Assembly: GCF_006345805.1 (NCBI RefSeq)
Contig: NC_043002.1
Coordinates: 18,910,001-18,974,000, forward strand
Reading direction: 5' to 3'
DNA from: Octopus sinensis
Taxonomy: Eukaryota
DNA: 64,000 nt
A model generated the notes under the pieces. The model was not told the DNA's origin and did no database searches. It was given only the letters and a program-made list of their open reading frames with translations. Below, one piece after another: positions 12,315 to 24,813 of this stretch. Each line of letters begins with the position of its first letter. Position 1 is the stretch's first letter. The position numbers and the translations under genes were made by a program.

Positions 12315-13013
12315 TAGAGAGAGAGACAGGCAGACAGACTGAGAAAGGAGAGATAGATAGATAGATATACATAGACACACAAACATATATATATTTATTT
12401 ATTTATATGTGTGTGGGTGTGTATGTATACATCTATACATATGTATATATACACATATATGCATGACTAACTTATATGTATACCTATCATACGCATGTTT
12501 TCCTTTTAAAGAGAACGACATTGCAATGTTGACTTTGAATACCCGAGTCCGTGAAGCCCGATGCGTGAAATTTGCAAAATTAGCTAGTAAAGGAGAGACT
12601 TTTGGTACCTCAAGATGTATCGCTGCTGGATGGGGAAAATTTGCATGTAAGTATTTACAAAATTTTTTTATTTGTTCCTCTCATCTCAGTGTAATCATAG
12701 TTGATGCATATTAAACATCAATCAATTTATTTTTTCAGATAAAGGACAGAGCCCTGACCAATTATTTAAAGTAACCCTTCCAGCTATTCCGGCAGATGTA
12801 TGTAAAAGACGGTCTAAAATGAGAATTTCCGATGGAATTCTCTGTGCCGGAGATTTTACAGCAGGTGGAACATCTACTTGTCAGGTATATTATATTGGTC
12901 TTATAGCATAATAATGATATCTTTAACTGACACATCTGTCTAAAAAATGAGTGTATATTAATCTATGCGTGTGAGAATGTAAATTAGTGCGTGTGTGTTT
13001 GTATGTGTGTGTA

Positions 13014-13045
<32 letters not shown>

Positions 13046-14232
13046 GCGCGTATTAAAACAAAGATATCGGCTTCACAAACCTATCAAGAAGTGAAAAGAA
13101 AATGTTATCTTTATAAGTACGGTTCCATGTTGAATGGTTTGACCAAATGTTTTTGAAATAATCTATGAAAACTACAAACTTGTTTCCGTCTTATAATACT
13201 TCTGCTTGTCATTGCGTTACTTAGCCCGTCAGTAACGCTTTCACGTGATTAGAGAAAAAGCAGAGAACGAAAAGGAGGAGGTAGAAAAAGAGGGAAAGAG
13301 AAACAACGTCCATGACTGGAAGTAGATAGGGTGTAATTGTAAAGCTTAGTTGAATTGAAGCAGAGGAGAAAGAAAAAGGAGAGAGAAAAAGAAGATAAGG
13401 TGAAAATGAGAGAAAAAGAGGAAGAAAGAAAAAGAGGGCGAGAGAAGCGTCCATGACGTAAGGTAGAGGGAACGTAATATTTATTACATGGTTAAAAAAG
13501 TTAGTTGATGATTGAAGAGGAGAGTTAAAAATATAATTTTAGCAGAGGAGTGATGTTCTGATGGTGAGGTTAAAGTCAGACAGTGAGGGAGGGGGAGAAA
13601 GAGAAATGGTGGTGGTGGTGACTGGATAGTAAAAAGTGCAATTTCAAAAATTGAACTAAATTTTTATATCACCTATTACTCAACACATGCGCACAAGTGC
13701 AATTCCATGAAATATTCAAGCTTATTTACATGGAAGATTTATGCAATTTGTACGGGATTTTTTTAATGGAGTGAATATTTATTTTATGAGTGCTGTGTAT
13801 TAAGCCTATAAATTGTGCATAAAGTATATAAACTATATATATATATATATAAAGTGCATTAAGTAATCATCGTATTCCAATTTCTTTCACTTTTAAATAA
13901 GTAGCAGATGAGCGATTATTTTTCCATACAGGCACAACAGAGGCTAAGCTTTCAGGTATTTTGGATAAAGTTTTCAGCAATAACCCAATAGGTTTACCAT
14001 TAATTCCGTGAAATATTTACGGGTTCCTCTAGTATCTATTAATTTCAGTAGATTTATAAGTATGTCGTTTGTGTTCTTGCAGGGTGATTCTGGTGGTCCA
14101 CTCTATTGTCGAAACAGATCTTATCAAACGGTCCTGGCAGGTGTAACATCTTTCGGAAGCAGGTGTAACGGCGAGGTCAGTGCTTTCACCGATGTTGGAT
14201 ATTTCCGAGACTGGATCGACAGCAACATGTAA
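8600..14232 (+). CDS. Secreted S1-family (chymotrypsin-like) serine protease, 6 coding exons, 258 aa
   Basis: Exons 8600-8657, 8938-9097, 9613-9740, 12512-12646, 12739-12884, 14083-14232. All introns are GT-AG with compatible phases (1,2,1,1,0); total 777 nt. Signal peptide [16 protein letters not shown], then IVGG, CGGTL, LTAAHC (His), NDIAML (Asp), GWG, GDSGGP (Ser). AATAAA at 14306. The exon 1 donor choice is ambiguous. Confidence 0.93.
9994..10134. repeat. 61-bp inverted repeat with 19-bp spacer (PLE-junction-like)
   Basis: Arms 9994-10054 and 10074-10134, 3 mismatches. Confidence 0.9.
10217..11288 (-). mobile_element. Mariner transposon, 5'-truncated, decayed transposase
   Basis: TIR TTAGGTTGGCAACTAAG at 10217. 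Minus-strand motifs: HTH, YGAWVLHAL (WVPHEL-like), [34 protein letters not shown]. Confidence 0.9.
11290..11506 (+). mobile_element. PLE-type inverted mini-element
   Basis: 40-bp inverted arms 11375-11414 and 11467-11506 (2 mismatches) with an internal hammerhead. Confidence 0.7.
11426..11487 (+). ncRNA. Type I hammerhead ribozyme, sense to the protease intron 3
   Basis: Stem I TAATAA/TTATTA; CTGATGA; stem II GATG/CATC with one extra T; GAAA; stem III ACT/AGT; GUA cleavage triplet 11479-11481. Confidence 0.7.
11825..12190 (-). mobile_element. PLE-type inverted mini-element flanked by (TA)n
   Basis: 102-bp arms 11825-11926 and 12089-12190, 2 mismatches. Confidence 0.75.
12020..12090 (-). ncRNA. 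Type I hammerhead ribozyme with long stem II
   Basis: Minus strand reads ATGCAG-CTGATGA-AG-AGAC-(32 nt)-GTCT-GAAA-CCGGTA-CTGCAT: 6-bp stem I, palindromic ACCGGT stem III, GUA cleavage site. Confidence 0.75.
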
Positions 14233-14804
14233 GAATTACTTTGATGAAAGTATCTGTCTTTGAAGACACTTCAGCAGAACAATCTCCTCAATGTATCGAG
14301 AATGCAATAAAAATATAAAATGATTTATCAATTTGTTGTTGTTATAATGGCACTTGGGAATGTTCAACTATTTCACTGTGTGCATTTTTGTGGTGGATAA
14401 TTCCATATTGGAATCATATTATGCCTGCACTTTGTATCTCTTCTGTTGCATTACTATATTACTAGGAAAGGCAGTGAATTTTTACTTTGTTAAATTAGAA
14501 ATTATAACACTGTTATGTAGAGTAACCACAATTACTGTTTCACAAATTGGTCATATTACTGTTCCACAAATTGGTTATATTTCAAAAGCAAAACGGAATT
14601 CATCTGAAGACTGTTGAACTATGAGTTGTTATGAAATGATATTGTGAAAGCTAAAATATTTGGTACCGCCTTGAGACAATTCAAACTTCACATTGAGAAT
14701 TGAATTCATTTCTAAGTACACACACACACACACATATTTATTTATAACAGAGAGAGGGAGAGGAAGAGAGTGTGTATATATATGCATGCATGTATGTATG
14801 TATG

Positions 14805-14855
<51 letters not shown>

Positions 14856-14895
14856 GTATCAAATGAAATAAAAACAGAACACAAAGGATGTCGCG

Positions 14896-14934
<39 letters not shown>

Positions 14935-14994
14935 CAGTGACATGAGTAAAGCACTAAGTTAGCTAGCTAAGTATGGGGTCTGAAACCTAACACT

Positions 14995-15215
14995 ACATCA
15001 CATACAATCAAGTGGAAAATAGATGAAAAGTCCACACCATATGTCAACTGATTGAAAAAAGTTAAGCTTTGCGTTGCTGAAAGATCACAGATTATTTTCA
15101 GTTCTAAGAACTCCACCGTACTGCTGAATTCTAGAGCTGAATCATTCAACGGGTGTCAATATATGGATATGTTCCCCGTGGCGAATTGTAAAATCCCACC
15201 TACACCGAATGAAGA
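14995..15215 (+). mobile_element. Penelope-like element C-terminal (GIY-YIG region) relic
   Basis: IKWKIDEKSTPYVN*LKKVKLCVAERSQIIFS..LLNSRAESFNGC resembles the PLE C-terminus WKI...PY....CxLCxxEKxxI...LNxRSExxxxCRH. Confidence 0.6.
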
Positions 15216-15429
15216 GCTGTGCTGCTGACTCTAGGACCCTCTCCACTGGGTGTTATGTCATAAAGTTTTGAGGCTGAACGGATACGGGCCTAATTCCTTT
15301 CCATTTATCTTTTTTTTTCCCCTTTTCTTTTTCCGGTGTTTTTAACTTTCAATCTTTTAAAACTGCTTTCTTCTCACCTTATCTCTTATTCTGTCGTTCT
15401 GTTTTATAATGTTACGTCCTGTGTGCAGA

Positions 15430-16500
15430 GGTTGAGAATTGCGTGAATGCACCAAACATGTTATAAAAAGCTTGGTTTCCAGTGTGGGCACTTTCCACAA
15501 GCAAGTACGTCACATGTCACCCGCTTTGGAATTCTCCAATCATTCACCAAAAGATTGTGTCCTTTTCAACGTAGACAGTACTTGTACACCATCGCCTTAA
15601 TGTTCAGGACGTTTGCTCCTCTCAACAGGAGTCCACAAGGACCAGCCAACATTTAGCATGTCTCAGATATCGCCGATTCATTACATGATTCATTGTCTCA
15701 AATAAGTAATGGAGTGACGTTAGCACATACGCACGGTACACAACTTTTGTTCACCTTGTGATGCCACGTCGGAATCAGACACGAGAGTCAATAACTCTGA
15801 AAGAATCAGTTCGCTTCTGAAGCCCTAAAGATAGTTCGTTAACCAAGAAGCAAGAACAGCTGCCTGTGCTGCCCAAATAGACAAACTTGTCTACCAGTTT
15901 CAGTACTTTTCTTTCAACTAAGAAACCTCACAACAATCTTGTCCACTGTTGTGAAACTAAGGAACATTACAGCAGTCTTGTTCCAAGTTATGCTGAATCT
16001 AAATACTTTGCAAGATGCAGAAATGTGATCCATGAGGATTCGTATATCTTCAACTATATGAGCAACTTAGTTGCAATCATCCGCATAAAGGAGGTCACAA
16101 ATAAAAGACTGAAAAGCTTACCAATTCACAGCAAGTCGACGCAAGTAGAAGAGACCACCAGAAGATAAGTACCTCACATATATCCTAGAAGAGCAACCCA
16201 CAACAAAAGCATGAGTTAGAGTAACAGGAAAATACAAGGTGAAAACAATTGGAGCAAGAATGTCACCTTGCTTTACAGGAATGGGTCCTGCCATGCCAGT
16301 AAGACATTAATCCACGCCTCCACCACATCATGGATTGATTTACTTACTCATACAATGGAAGCCAGACAACCATGTTTGCCGAATATTTTCCACAGGGAGG
16401 CCCTATTCACAGCCGTGTTGTCAGTCCTGCAGGATTTGTATTAACCCTCCTCACCAGGCTAGCCGATGGAGGTGGCTGTTTACTCGCCAACGATCCGAGC
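15430..16500 (-). mobile_element. Decayed RTE-clade LINE
   Basis: Minus-strand PVKQGDILAPIVFTLYF (~16240-16300) and MNDWRIPKRV...GK (~15490-15550). Confidence 0.55.
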
Positions 16501-16539
16501 ATGCATCAGCTCCTTCAGTTTCAAAGGAGGGCTCTATCA

Positions 16540-17338
16540 TCTCTCTCTATATATAAACGGCAGTTTGTCTGTCTGTGTGTCTGTCAGGTTGTACCCTCAC
16601 CCTGACCACGGCTTTCAACCGATTCTGATGAAACTTGACACACACATAGCCCAATGTCATAATTCAAAACTAACGCAGCGAAAATTTTGAAAAGTTCCCC
16701 CAGTTCTGAAAAAAAATCGATAAATTCGACATGGGTCGAGAATGTAAGCTTTTTATATGCAACACATTTTCTACAGACTGTCTAGGGGACGCAACTCGAC
16801 CTTTTTAACTCTCGGAACACGTGGGGTAAGTATCCCAAAATGTATAAAAATGTACAAAAACGGCAAAAAAGCGGGCAGCAATGTGAGTGACAACAACGAA
16901 AAAGTCAAAAGTGACCAAACTGAACAAACGAATGTAAAAGGTTTTTTGGTGCACACGACAAAAGCGGTTTATAATAAACCAAGCGTTTGCAAGTAGCGTC
17001 CGAGGACCCTTAGGGTGCGTCAAAAATTTATGGTAAAACGTTTGGGGTGGTAGTTATAAAGAAAGTGTAAACAAAAAAAGTATTCAAATAACTTGCGGCT
17101 GCAGCAGCTATTAGCAGAAGTGGCGGTGTTGGGGGTAAAGTCTCGAATGTAATTTCTTCCTGGTAGGAATTGGTTGGGTTGAATTATCGATAGCTGTTTG
17201 ATAGTTATTTGGGAGTGAAGAGAAGACATTGCAACCTACACATGCGCCTTCGTTCCCTACAGGGAAAGGACTAGATTGGGATTAGTCATTGCCTACTAGG
17301 CTCTTACATACCCGGGCAACGCCGGGCTATGCTGCTAG
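16540..17338 (+). mobile_element. Non-autonomous Helitron
   Basis: A|TC 5' end at 16540; hairpin CCCGG-gcaacg-CCGGG at 17311-17326; CTAG|T 3' end; no TSD. Confidence 0.8.
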
Positions 17339-17559
17339 TACTTACTAAATAAACAGAAGTCACTGGTCGCAGGATTGGGCATTTTTCTGGTTGTAGATGA
17401 TCCTGTGATTGACACTCTTCAACAAAGTCTTGTCATCAGACTCTTGGGTCCTGAATCTTTGATAGATGTGGTAACAACAGCAATAAGTTGAATCGTGGCA
17501 AAATACCAGGTAAAAACGGAATTTGTCCTGTGGTCTTGCTTTTGTTGGTAGTTGTATCA

Positions 17560-17850
17560 CCCCAAATCTTTACGAGTTTATCAGCGTAGTATGGAGGGGT
17601 GGTGCTCTTTCCGATAACTGGAAAGATACAATTATCCTTCCCCTCCTTAAAGGAAAGGATGTCATAACAAAGATTGGCAACCATAGCAGTGTCCCTCTAG
17701 TGTCACTTGCTGGCAAGGTCCTGACTAGTTTTATTCATACACCCCTGAAAAAATACATTGTAAATGACGTTCTAGCTAAATAGCAATGTGTAGATGAACA
17801 ATAGATGGTTTTCGCAGCAAGGCAGAAACAGAAGTGTTACAAGCAGAATA
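17560..17850 (+). mobile_element. RTE-clade RT fragment
   Basis: WKDTIILPLLKGK..GNHSSVPLVSLAGKVL..QC..MVFAARQKQKC. Confidence 0.7.
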
Positions 17851-17904
17851 TAATTATGTATATACATGTGTGTGTATTATATATGTATATATCCATCTGT
17901 GTGT

Positions 17905-18067
<163 letters not shown>

Positions 18068-18910
18068 ATTGTTAATATTCGCTGGGCAGCTAATTTCCAC
18101 AAATGTACACAGTTTCTCTTCTCTATACCAAATCATTATATCAGGTCTGTTGCAGTTACATTTTATTGAGATTTTTACTGGGACATTCCACGAGTACTAC
18201 TTTTTGTTATAAGTGGCTAAGACTTCTACCATACTGTGGGTTCTTATTTCTTTGTCCTCGAGGTTATCCTTCCGACGGATTTCATTATAGAGTGTCCTGG
18301 CTACATCATGTCTCATCGATAGATAATAGCGTGATGACATTTTCGGACAACTGCTTATGATGTGGGTGATATCTTCGGTGTTAACTCCACAAAGTCTCTC
18401 ATAGGTTGTCACATTTTACTGCTTTTCCTACATTTCTATTCTTTTTGTGCATCAGGTATTTGAGTGATATTTCCTGTTCATGGATTGCAAACGCATACCC
18501 TTCAAAGTGGGAGGTAGGAATCTGGCTATTCGTCCGTAATAGTATTTCTTCATTGAATTGTATTTCTTTATTCGTTCATAATAGACTGCTATGATGATCA
18601 ACGTTACTATCATCTCGGAGCTTTCTTCTAACATATCCATGCATAGTCTTCTGCTCATATATGCTCATCCTTTCATCTGATGAAACATTGCGGTAGAGTC
18701 GTGTGACTTCTTTGGGTATGTATTTAAGGTGGTCAGACAAGGAATGTTGCTCAAGGAGCTGCTTTCCAACTCTTATGATGTCATCAGCCTCATATATGCA
18801 AACTTGGTCTAGGCATGCACTTTGAAACTTGGTGGTTAAAAGATGTTGCCGAAGGGATATGATACGACATTCAAAGGCATTATGGATCGATGTTAAGCCT
18901 CTGCTGTATG
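18068..18910 (-). mobile_element. R4/Dong-like non-LTR fragment with CCHC knuckle and restriction-like endonuclease
   Basis: Minus strand: RGLTSIHNAFECRIISL; FEGYAFAIHEQEISLKYL; RLCG..EDITHIISSCPK..RHD; WNVPVK..RPDIMIW..VEISCP (PD-(D/E) motif). Confidence 0.75.
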
Positions 18911-20366
18911 AGCGTGCCGTATGAGATTTGGTTCATCATCGAGCAGACAGCACTACTAAAAAATTCAAGGTAACTTTTCGTCGTGGCGCGCCATGAAGGA
19001 AGTTCCGCGGGTTATCCATGAATGTTTAAAGCAAGACACCGAAGGATACCTACTCTAAGTTCTCCTACTTCACAACATTACTTAAGCTATTGTATAAATA
19101 TTATTGAACAGTCGTGTTGAAATCTTACAGAACAAGCTATTAGTTGTACCTATCAAATCAATCATTTCCTTTCTTATTCATAACACTAAAGAATATCAAA
19201 TACTCTCAACCATCATGCACAATTGCGTAATTTTATCATGCACACATGACGCACAAACGTACTTAGAGAATGCATTTCATCAACATAGCGATGTCATTTG
19301 TTATACTATTAGTAATGCTTAACGACATTTGTAGCATATCTCTTACCGCTGTCATCTTCACTAATTCTCATATTCTACCTTACTTCTCTTTCACTTTTGC
19401 CGCCCCACTCACATGCAGAGACATGTACACACATATATTACTTCGTTGATCGTCTCTTACTCATACATACAGATTCATAACCCAACTTTTCATCATACAA
19501 GTCTGTCTTCACACGATTACCACAAACCTTGATTTCAGCGCTAATTGTAATTCCTTCATTACATAACCCGGTCCTCGGACGTAGCAGAAAATCGACAAAA
19601 TTGGATGGGTGTGCTTTTTTTTTCCCTAGTCAAATCGTTTACTCATGAAAGAATGCTATGTTACCAATGCACACTAAACCGACCGACTACCAATGTAGAA
19701 TTACTGGTGCTAGTTACAAATGGTTGTACTAACTACAGCCCAAATAGATAAAGAGGAACATTTTGTCGGGATTCGAAGGGACTAAAATTAAAGACGACCG
19801 ACAATACGAGGCTAATTTGATACAGAAAGATTTTGTGTCATGTCCAAAAGATATGGAACGATAAAGATGAATGTTTCTGACAGAATTATAGTTTAATCCA
19901 ATTAATTAAATAGTTGATTTTATATGAACTTAAATCTGAACCTTTATAAAAACATACACACACAAGAAAATTCACCTAAAAATATATAATTCTAAAAATG
20001 CATTCTCGGATTCTTCAATGACATAAACAAAATTCATATAGTAACATACTAAGCCACAATAAATTTCGTCTTTCATAAAGAAAAGCCCGAAAACCTTTCA
20101 TTCTTGATCAAAACAAGACTCAAAACATTTTAACAAAAGCCACTCAACCATAAAATACTATTTACAAAATGAGACCGGTATACATGGGTCTTTTGTTTGG
20201 GTTTGCTTTGTTTTTTTCGGTCAGCGTGTTGAAGAACAATATTTCTACAGTAGAAATTCTGTATTAATCAAAAATTGTATGCATATGTATGTGTGTATCT
20301 GATTTCTAATCTGTTGATCGTCTTTTCCTATTTCTCTTTTTTACTCTATCTACACTTCTCCATTTC

Positions 20367-20405
20367 TACTTCTAGTGAAGACTTAACGCCCGAAACGTTT
20401 AAGTA
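20367..20405 (+). ncRNA. Degenerate hammerhead-like motif
   Basis: TACTT-CTAGTGA-AG..GAAACGTTT-AAGTA: stem I and palindrome present, core reads CUAGUGA, stem II poorly paired. Confidence 0.4.
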
Positions 20406-20929
20406 TCTCTTTCCATTAAAACATAAAGCTGATACCTTATTTATCAAACTGTGTGATTTCTGTGTTTTTTATTGTTTTTACACAAGACATACATAGAGAG
20501 AGAGGGGGAGAGGAGGTTTGCAAATGATATATATAAATATCTAAATGAAAAAAAATATTTTTCAAAAACGACATAACGTGTACCGATTGTAAAAACAAAC
20601 AGGAGACGAACAGAAAGTCCATAACCCTTCATCAGCTATCGACCAACGGTACTTTTCAGTTTCGCACCTTTAACAATAAGACTGAATGCTTCCCAATTGG
20701 CGGTGCTCGCAAAAGAAAAAGTTTTCTTGCGTGGAATTATGGACAAAGAGCAAAGAAAACGAAACAAAACAAGCAAAATAGTAGTGTGATTTAGGACGAT
20801 GGACGATGGACGAGGACAAACAGTTGATCAAAATACGGCCTTGGGGGCCAATAAAACTGGAATAGTGGGTGACGCCTAAAAATGTTTTGAACGATTGAGA
20901 ACGGAGAAAGAATTTGTGAATGGTCAGCT

Positions 20930-21420
20930 AAGGGACCAGTCTAAGAAAGGAAGAAAAAAAGGAACTAGCCACTGGTCACATGGCAACAGCAGGTGGAGAA
21001 GCGACAGAGCAAAGAAGGGGGAAGAGGATGAAGGGAAAGGAGAAAGGCTAGGAATACAAGAGTGAGAAAGTCTAGGAATAGAAAAGGGAGAAAGAGAGTA
21101 AGTAGTAAGGCTACAATAGAAGTGACACGGTAAGAGAATTTGGGACTGGCCAGCTCAGGAACAAGTCTAAGAAAGAAAGAAAAGGAAGAACTGGCCGATC
21201 ACGTGAAAGCAGCAGGCAGAGGGGAAAGACCACAGAGAGAGAAAGCGACAGAGAAAAAGGGGGAGTGGATGAAAGGGAAGGAGAAAGGCTAGGAATACAA
21301 GAGGGAGAAAGGGTAGGAATATAAGAGGAAGGAAGGAGATAGGCGAGGAGTATAAGAGGTAGAGAGAGAAGGAGTAAGTAGGAAGGCTAGAATAGAAGTG
21401 ACAGAGTGAGAGAAAGAATA
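20930..21420. repeat. Diverged tandem dimer of a purine-rich ~230-270 bp unit
   Basis: Shared blocks CAAGTCTAAGAAAG, GAAAGGCTAGGAATACAAGAG and GCTA(C/G)AATAGAAGTGACA at 20930-21130 and 21160-21410. Confidence 0.75.
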
Positions 21421-22199
21421 GGGGAAAGAATGAAGGCAAGAGAGAAAGTCACACGGGTTTATAAAAAAACTTACTTGTTAATACAAATTCGTTTGAGTTG
21501 CGTTCCATTACTTGATAAGTGAAAAAATACATAAAGAAACGACATAACGTACATTGAATGTAAAAACAGACGTGAGACAAACAGAAAATCCATAATCCCG
21601 ACCCAGTTTATATATATATATTTCTTTATCGCCCACAGGGGGTTAAACAGAGGGGACAAACAGACAAAGTCGATTATATAGACACCAGTGCGTTACTGGT
21701 GCTTATTTAATCGACCCCGAAGGGATGAAAGGCAAAGTCGGCCTCGGCGGAATTTGAAATCAGAACGTAATGGCATATATGTGTGTGTGTGTGTGTGTGT
21801 AGGGCGGCGAGCTGACAGAATTGTTAGCATGCTGGATGAGTTTCACATATTGTCTATTTGGAGAATGTTTTTCTCGCGAGTTTCCACTGCCAAAGTGTTC
21901 CTACGTCGATGTGTGTATGAACGAGTTAAAGTTAAATATAATTTACATGCACACACATATATACACATACACTCGTATTTTTATATGGAGCAACATTTCT
22001 ACCGAAAAGCTACCGATACTTATTTGATCCTGGGTCATCATTTGTTTCATTTAGTCAGTTATACATGGCGCAGAGGGCTCCTTATCCTTTCTAGATATAA
22101 GACACAGCATGCCGCCCAGTTAACACCACCTCCTGGCTCTTAGGTACCTTTAGCAGAATTCGTTCTAGGCTTCAGAGTTGTAATCACGACAATTATCCT

Positions 22200-23900
22200 T
22201 TCTCAACTCCATATTTGTATACCCCTATTGAACTAAGACCACATCAACACCTCTTACAGACACGCAGACTACTCATAACATTACTCTCAACACAAATTTC
22301 TTAACGCTATAGTCCATCTCTACTGTATTTACTCAGATACCACCACGAAAGATGGTGTCTGCACAATCTTAGACTCAAACATCTCAGACACTTTATGCCG
22401 CCTCAAAGTCTTACAGCCATACATATTTCTCTAAATACACTTGCGTCCTCTATCACTTTCAAAACTCCCTGAATTACCAACTCTTCAATCATATCTCTTC
22501 CTGCATCAATGACATCTATCTCACTTCACCCAAAATCATCACTCTTATTAAGTTCAATGCTCTCAGTTCCTCCCATACAGTCACTGTCGGTACAGAAATG
22601 GTTTCATCATCTAAATACATCCTTGACTGACACACAAATTTCCTCGATTTTTTTGTCACCTCTAAATGTAGCTTCCAACAGATCATAACTCTATGCAACT
22701 TATTGGGTTTTCCAACAACTACCTTATCACAACTATCTACCAAACATTCACATATGCACACCATCCCCCACTTCTCAGGACTTATAGCACATCAAGTTAG
22801 CTTAATAGTTGCTCTGGCAGTTCTTGCTCTCAAAAAGTTCTGACGTGAGCAAAGTTTCTGCTTATATCTGGCAGACTGAGTCCAAGGTGGGAAGTTTTGC
22901 TACAAGATAATGTTTACTTTCTAAAAAAATTGTTCACCTATGGATTCAATTCATTTCTCCTCTCTTGGCTCAGTGGCTTCCTGACAGATCGCATTGTTGC
23001 GGCATTTGTCTAAAACACCCACTCAACACTTGTAAGATCAACGGCTCAGTTTTGTCACCTACATTTTTTCTAATCATCTTCTTGCCGTCAACTCCAGCAA
23101 TATGTCCCTCTTTCCTCTCAAACCTTCTGTACTCAAGCATCATCCACATATTAACCTGACATCACACACGGACTGTGCAATCACTTCTTGGACAGAAACC
23201 TGAGAAATATCTTATATCATGTCAATCTTGTCTTTTAAACAGCAAAAAGAAGAATTCATATACCAAAACATAGCGACTCACCGCTCCAATATATGCCCAA
23301 TCCCCCCAAAATAAACATCACACAAATAGAATTCTCTTGATCGTTTCAAATCTTCAATATCACTGATGGTCTCTCGACATATGCATATTACCAACAAATG
23401 AAAGACTGCATTAAAAAGCCAGGCCTTTTCCTTCTTGACAAAATATACTCAAGTCCCCATCATACACTAACCTTCTACAAAGCCCTCATAACAACCACAT
23501 TGAAAAACTGCTTCCATATCTGGATGGTGCTGCAACTAGACAATTATGCTAGTTCATCTCTACTGTCTTGGCTACATTTACCCAGATACCACTAGAAAAG
23601 CACCCGATTGACTGGATGAAGTGTTTTACCCACATGCTTGTCTCTGTCCTACAGATGTGCTGGCTACTCCTTTTGCATTCTCTAGAGCTCTGTTCCTTGG
23701 AGTTGGCTGGTTTCATTCCACTTGTAGATATTCCCAACTTACTCATGAGTCTCCACCTTCCAGGCCCCACAATAATACTATAATCAGTTAAGCTGTCACG
23801 CATTCGTGAACAGTATTCCTGTGTTGGTCATACTTTTGCTTTAAAGAGGGCCAGTAGTTGTTCAGTGTTATATAGCATCAAAATCTGAAACAAGGACTTT
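22200..23900 (+). mobile_element. Highly decayed CR1/L2-group LINE RT
   Basis: GSVLSPTFFLI (~23045); KKPGLFLL..LTFYKALI..LKNCFHIW (~23410-23525); CSLELAGFIP (~23690). Confidence 0.55.
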
Positions 23901-24813
23901 TGACTTTTGAAAGACAAGGATGACTTGGATATGTGGACATCACAAGAATTAAGAGAGACTGTGAGGCTTAACATTTACAGAGATTGAAAGTTTAATATGT
24001 AAGTAGGTTGTGGTTGTATATTGAAATATCTTCATTTAAAGATGTATTCAAGATCTCTGGGATAACACCTGTTATAACCTTCGTTTTAAAGGTATGAAGG
24101 TGGGTCTGTATTAGAATTAGTGAGTCACACTAGAGTGTATACAATATACTTTTAACAGGAAATACATGCTGCAAAACTATTTTCTTTCAGAAGGTTCTTA
24201 ATGAAGATATGACCAAAATCTTTGCTAGTGTCAAGAGCAATTGAATTGAGTTTCAAAGACCAGAGACCATTAGTGAGAGAATGGACAACTTTGAAAGTGG
24301 TGAAATAAAATTACCAATTCAACAATGTAAAAAATAAAAGCAAATAAGAGCTGAAATACTGTTATTTAGCATATTTAAAAATAAAATTACTGATATCATT
24401 ATTTCATTCTTAACTAAAGACATGATATAAAACTGTTATCTTTCAATCCAAACAAATAAAAATAAATGCTTACTATACAATCAGAATATCTGAAAGAACA
24501 AAGACCGCTTCAATAACAATGAGAGAATAAATTCAAGTACATCAGTTATATTGTAGAAGAGGTAGTTTCACAAATTTACAATTGTTACAAGGTAAAGAAT
24601 CTGTGGGTTGGTCAGAGGGAGTTATAGAGATAATAGAAAAGGAATAATGAAAGAATCAGGAATAACCTGTATTTAATTAAGTTGTATACAAGAAAGTGTG
24701 TTTCAATAGAAATGAAAGAAAAGTTCAAATATGTCAATAATACTGCTTCTCAGTTGTACCAGGACAGATTTTCATCTATCATTTTATATTTTGTAGATTT
24801 CTCTACAGAAGTT

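Noticed and set aside
15212-15245. CCGAATGAAGAG.. possible hammerhead after the PLE C-terminus
   Set aside because: No GAAA, stem III or stem I partner can be formed.
20600-20670. CTGATGA on the minus strand at 20631-20637
   Set aside because: No stem II closed by GAAA downstream, and the permuted arrangement lacks stem I.
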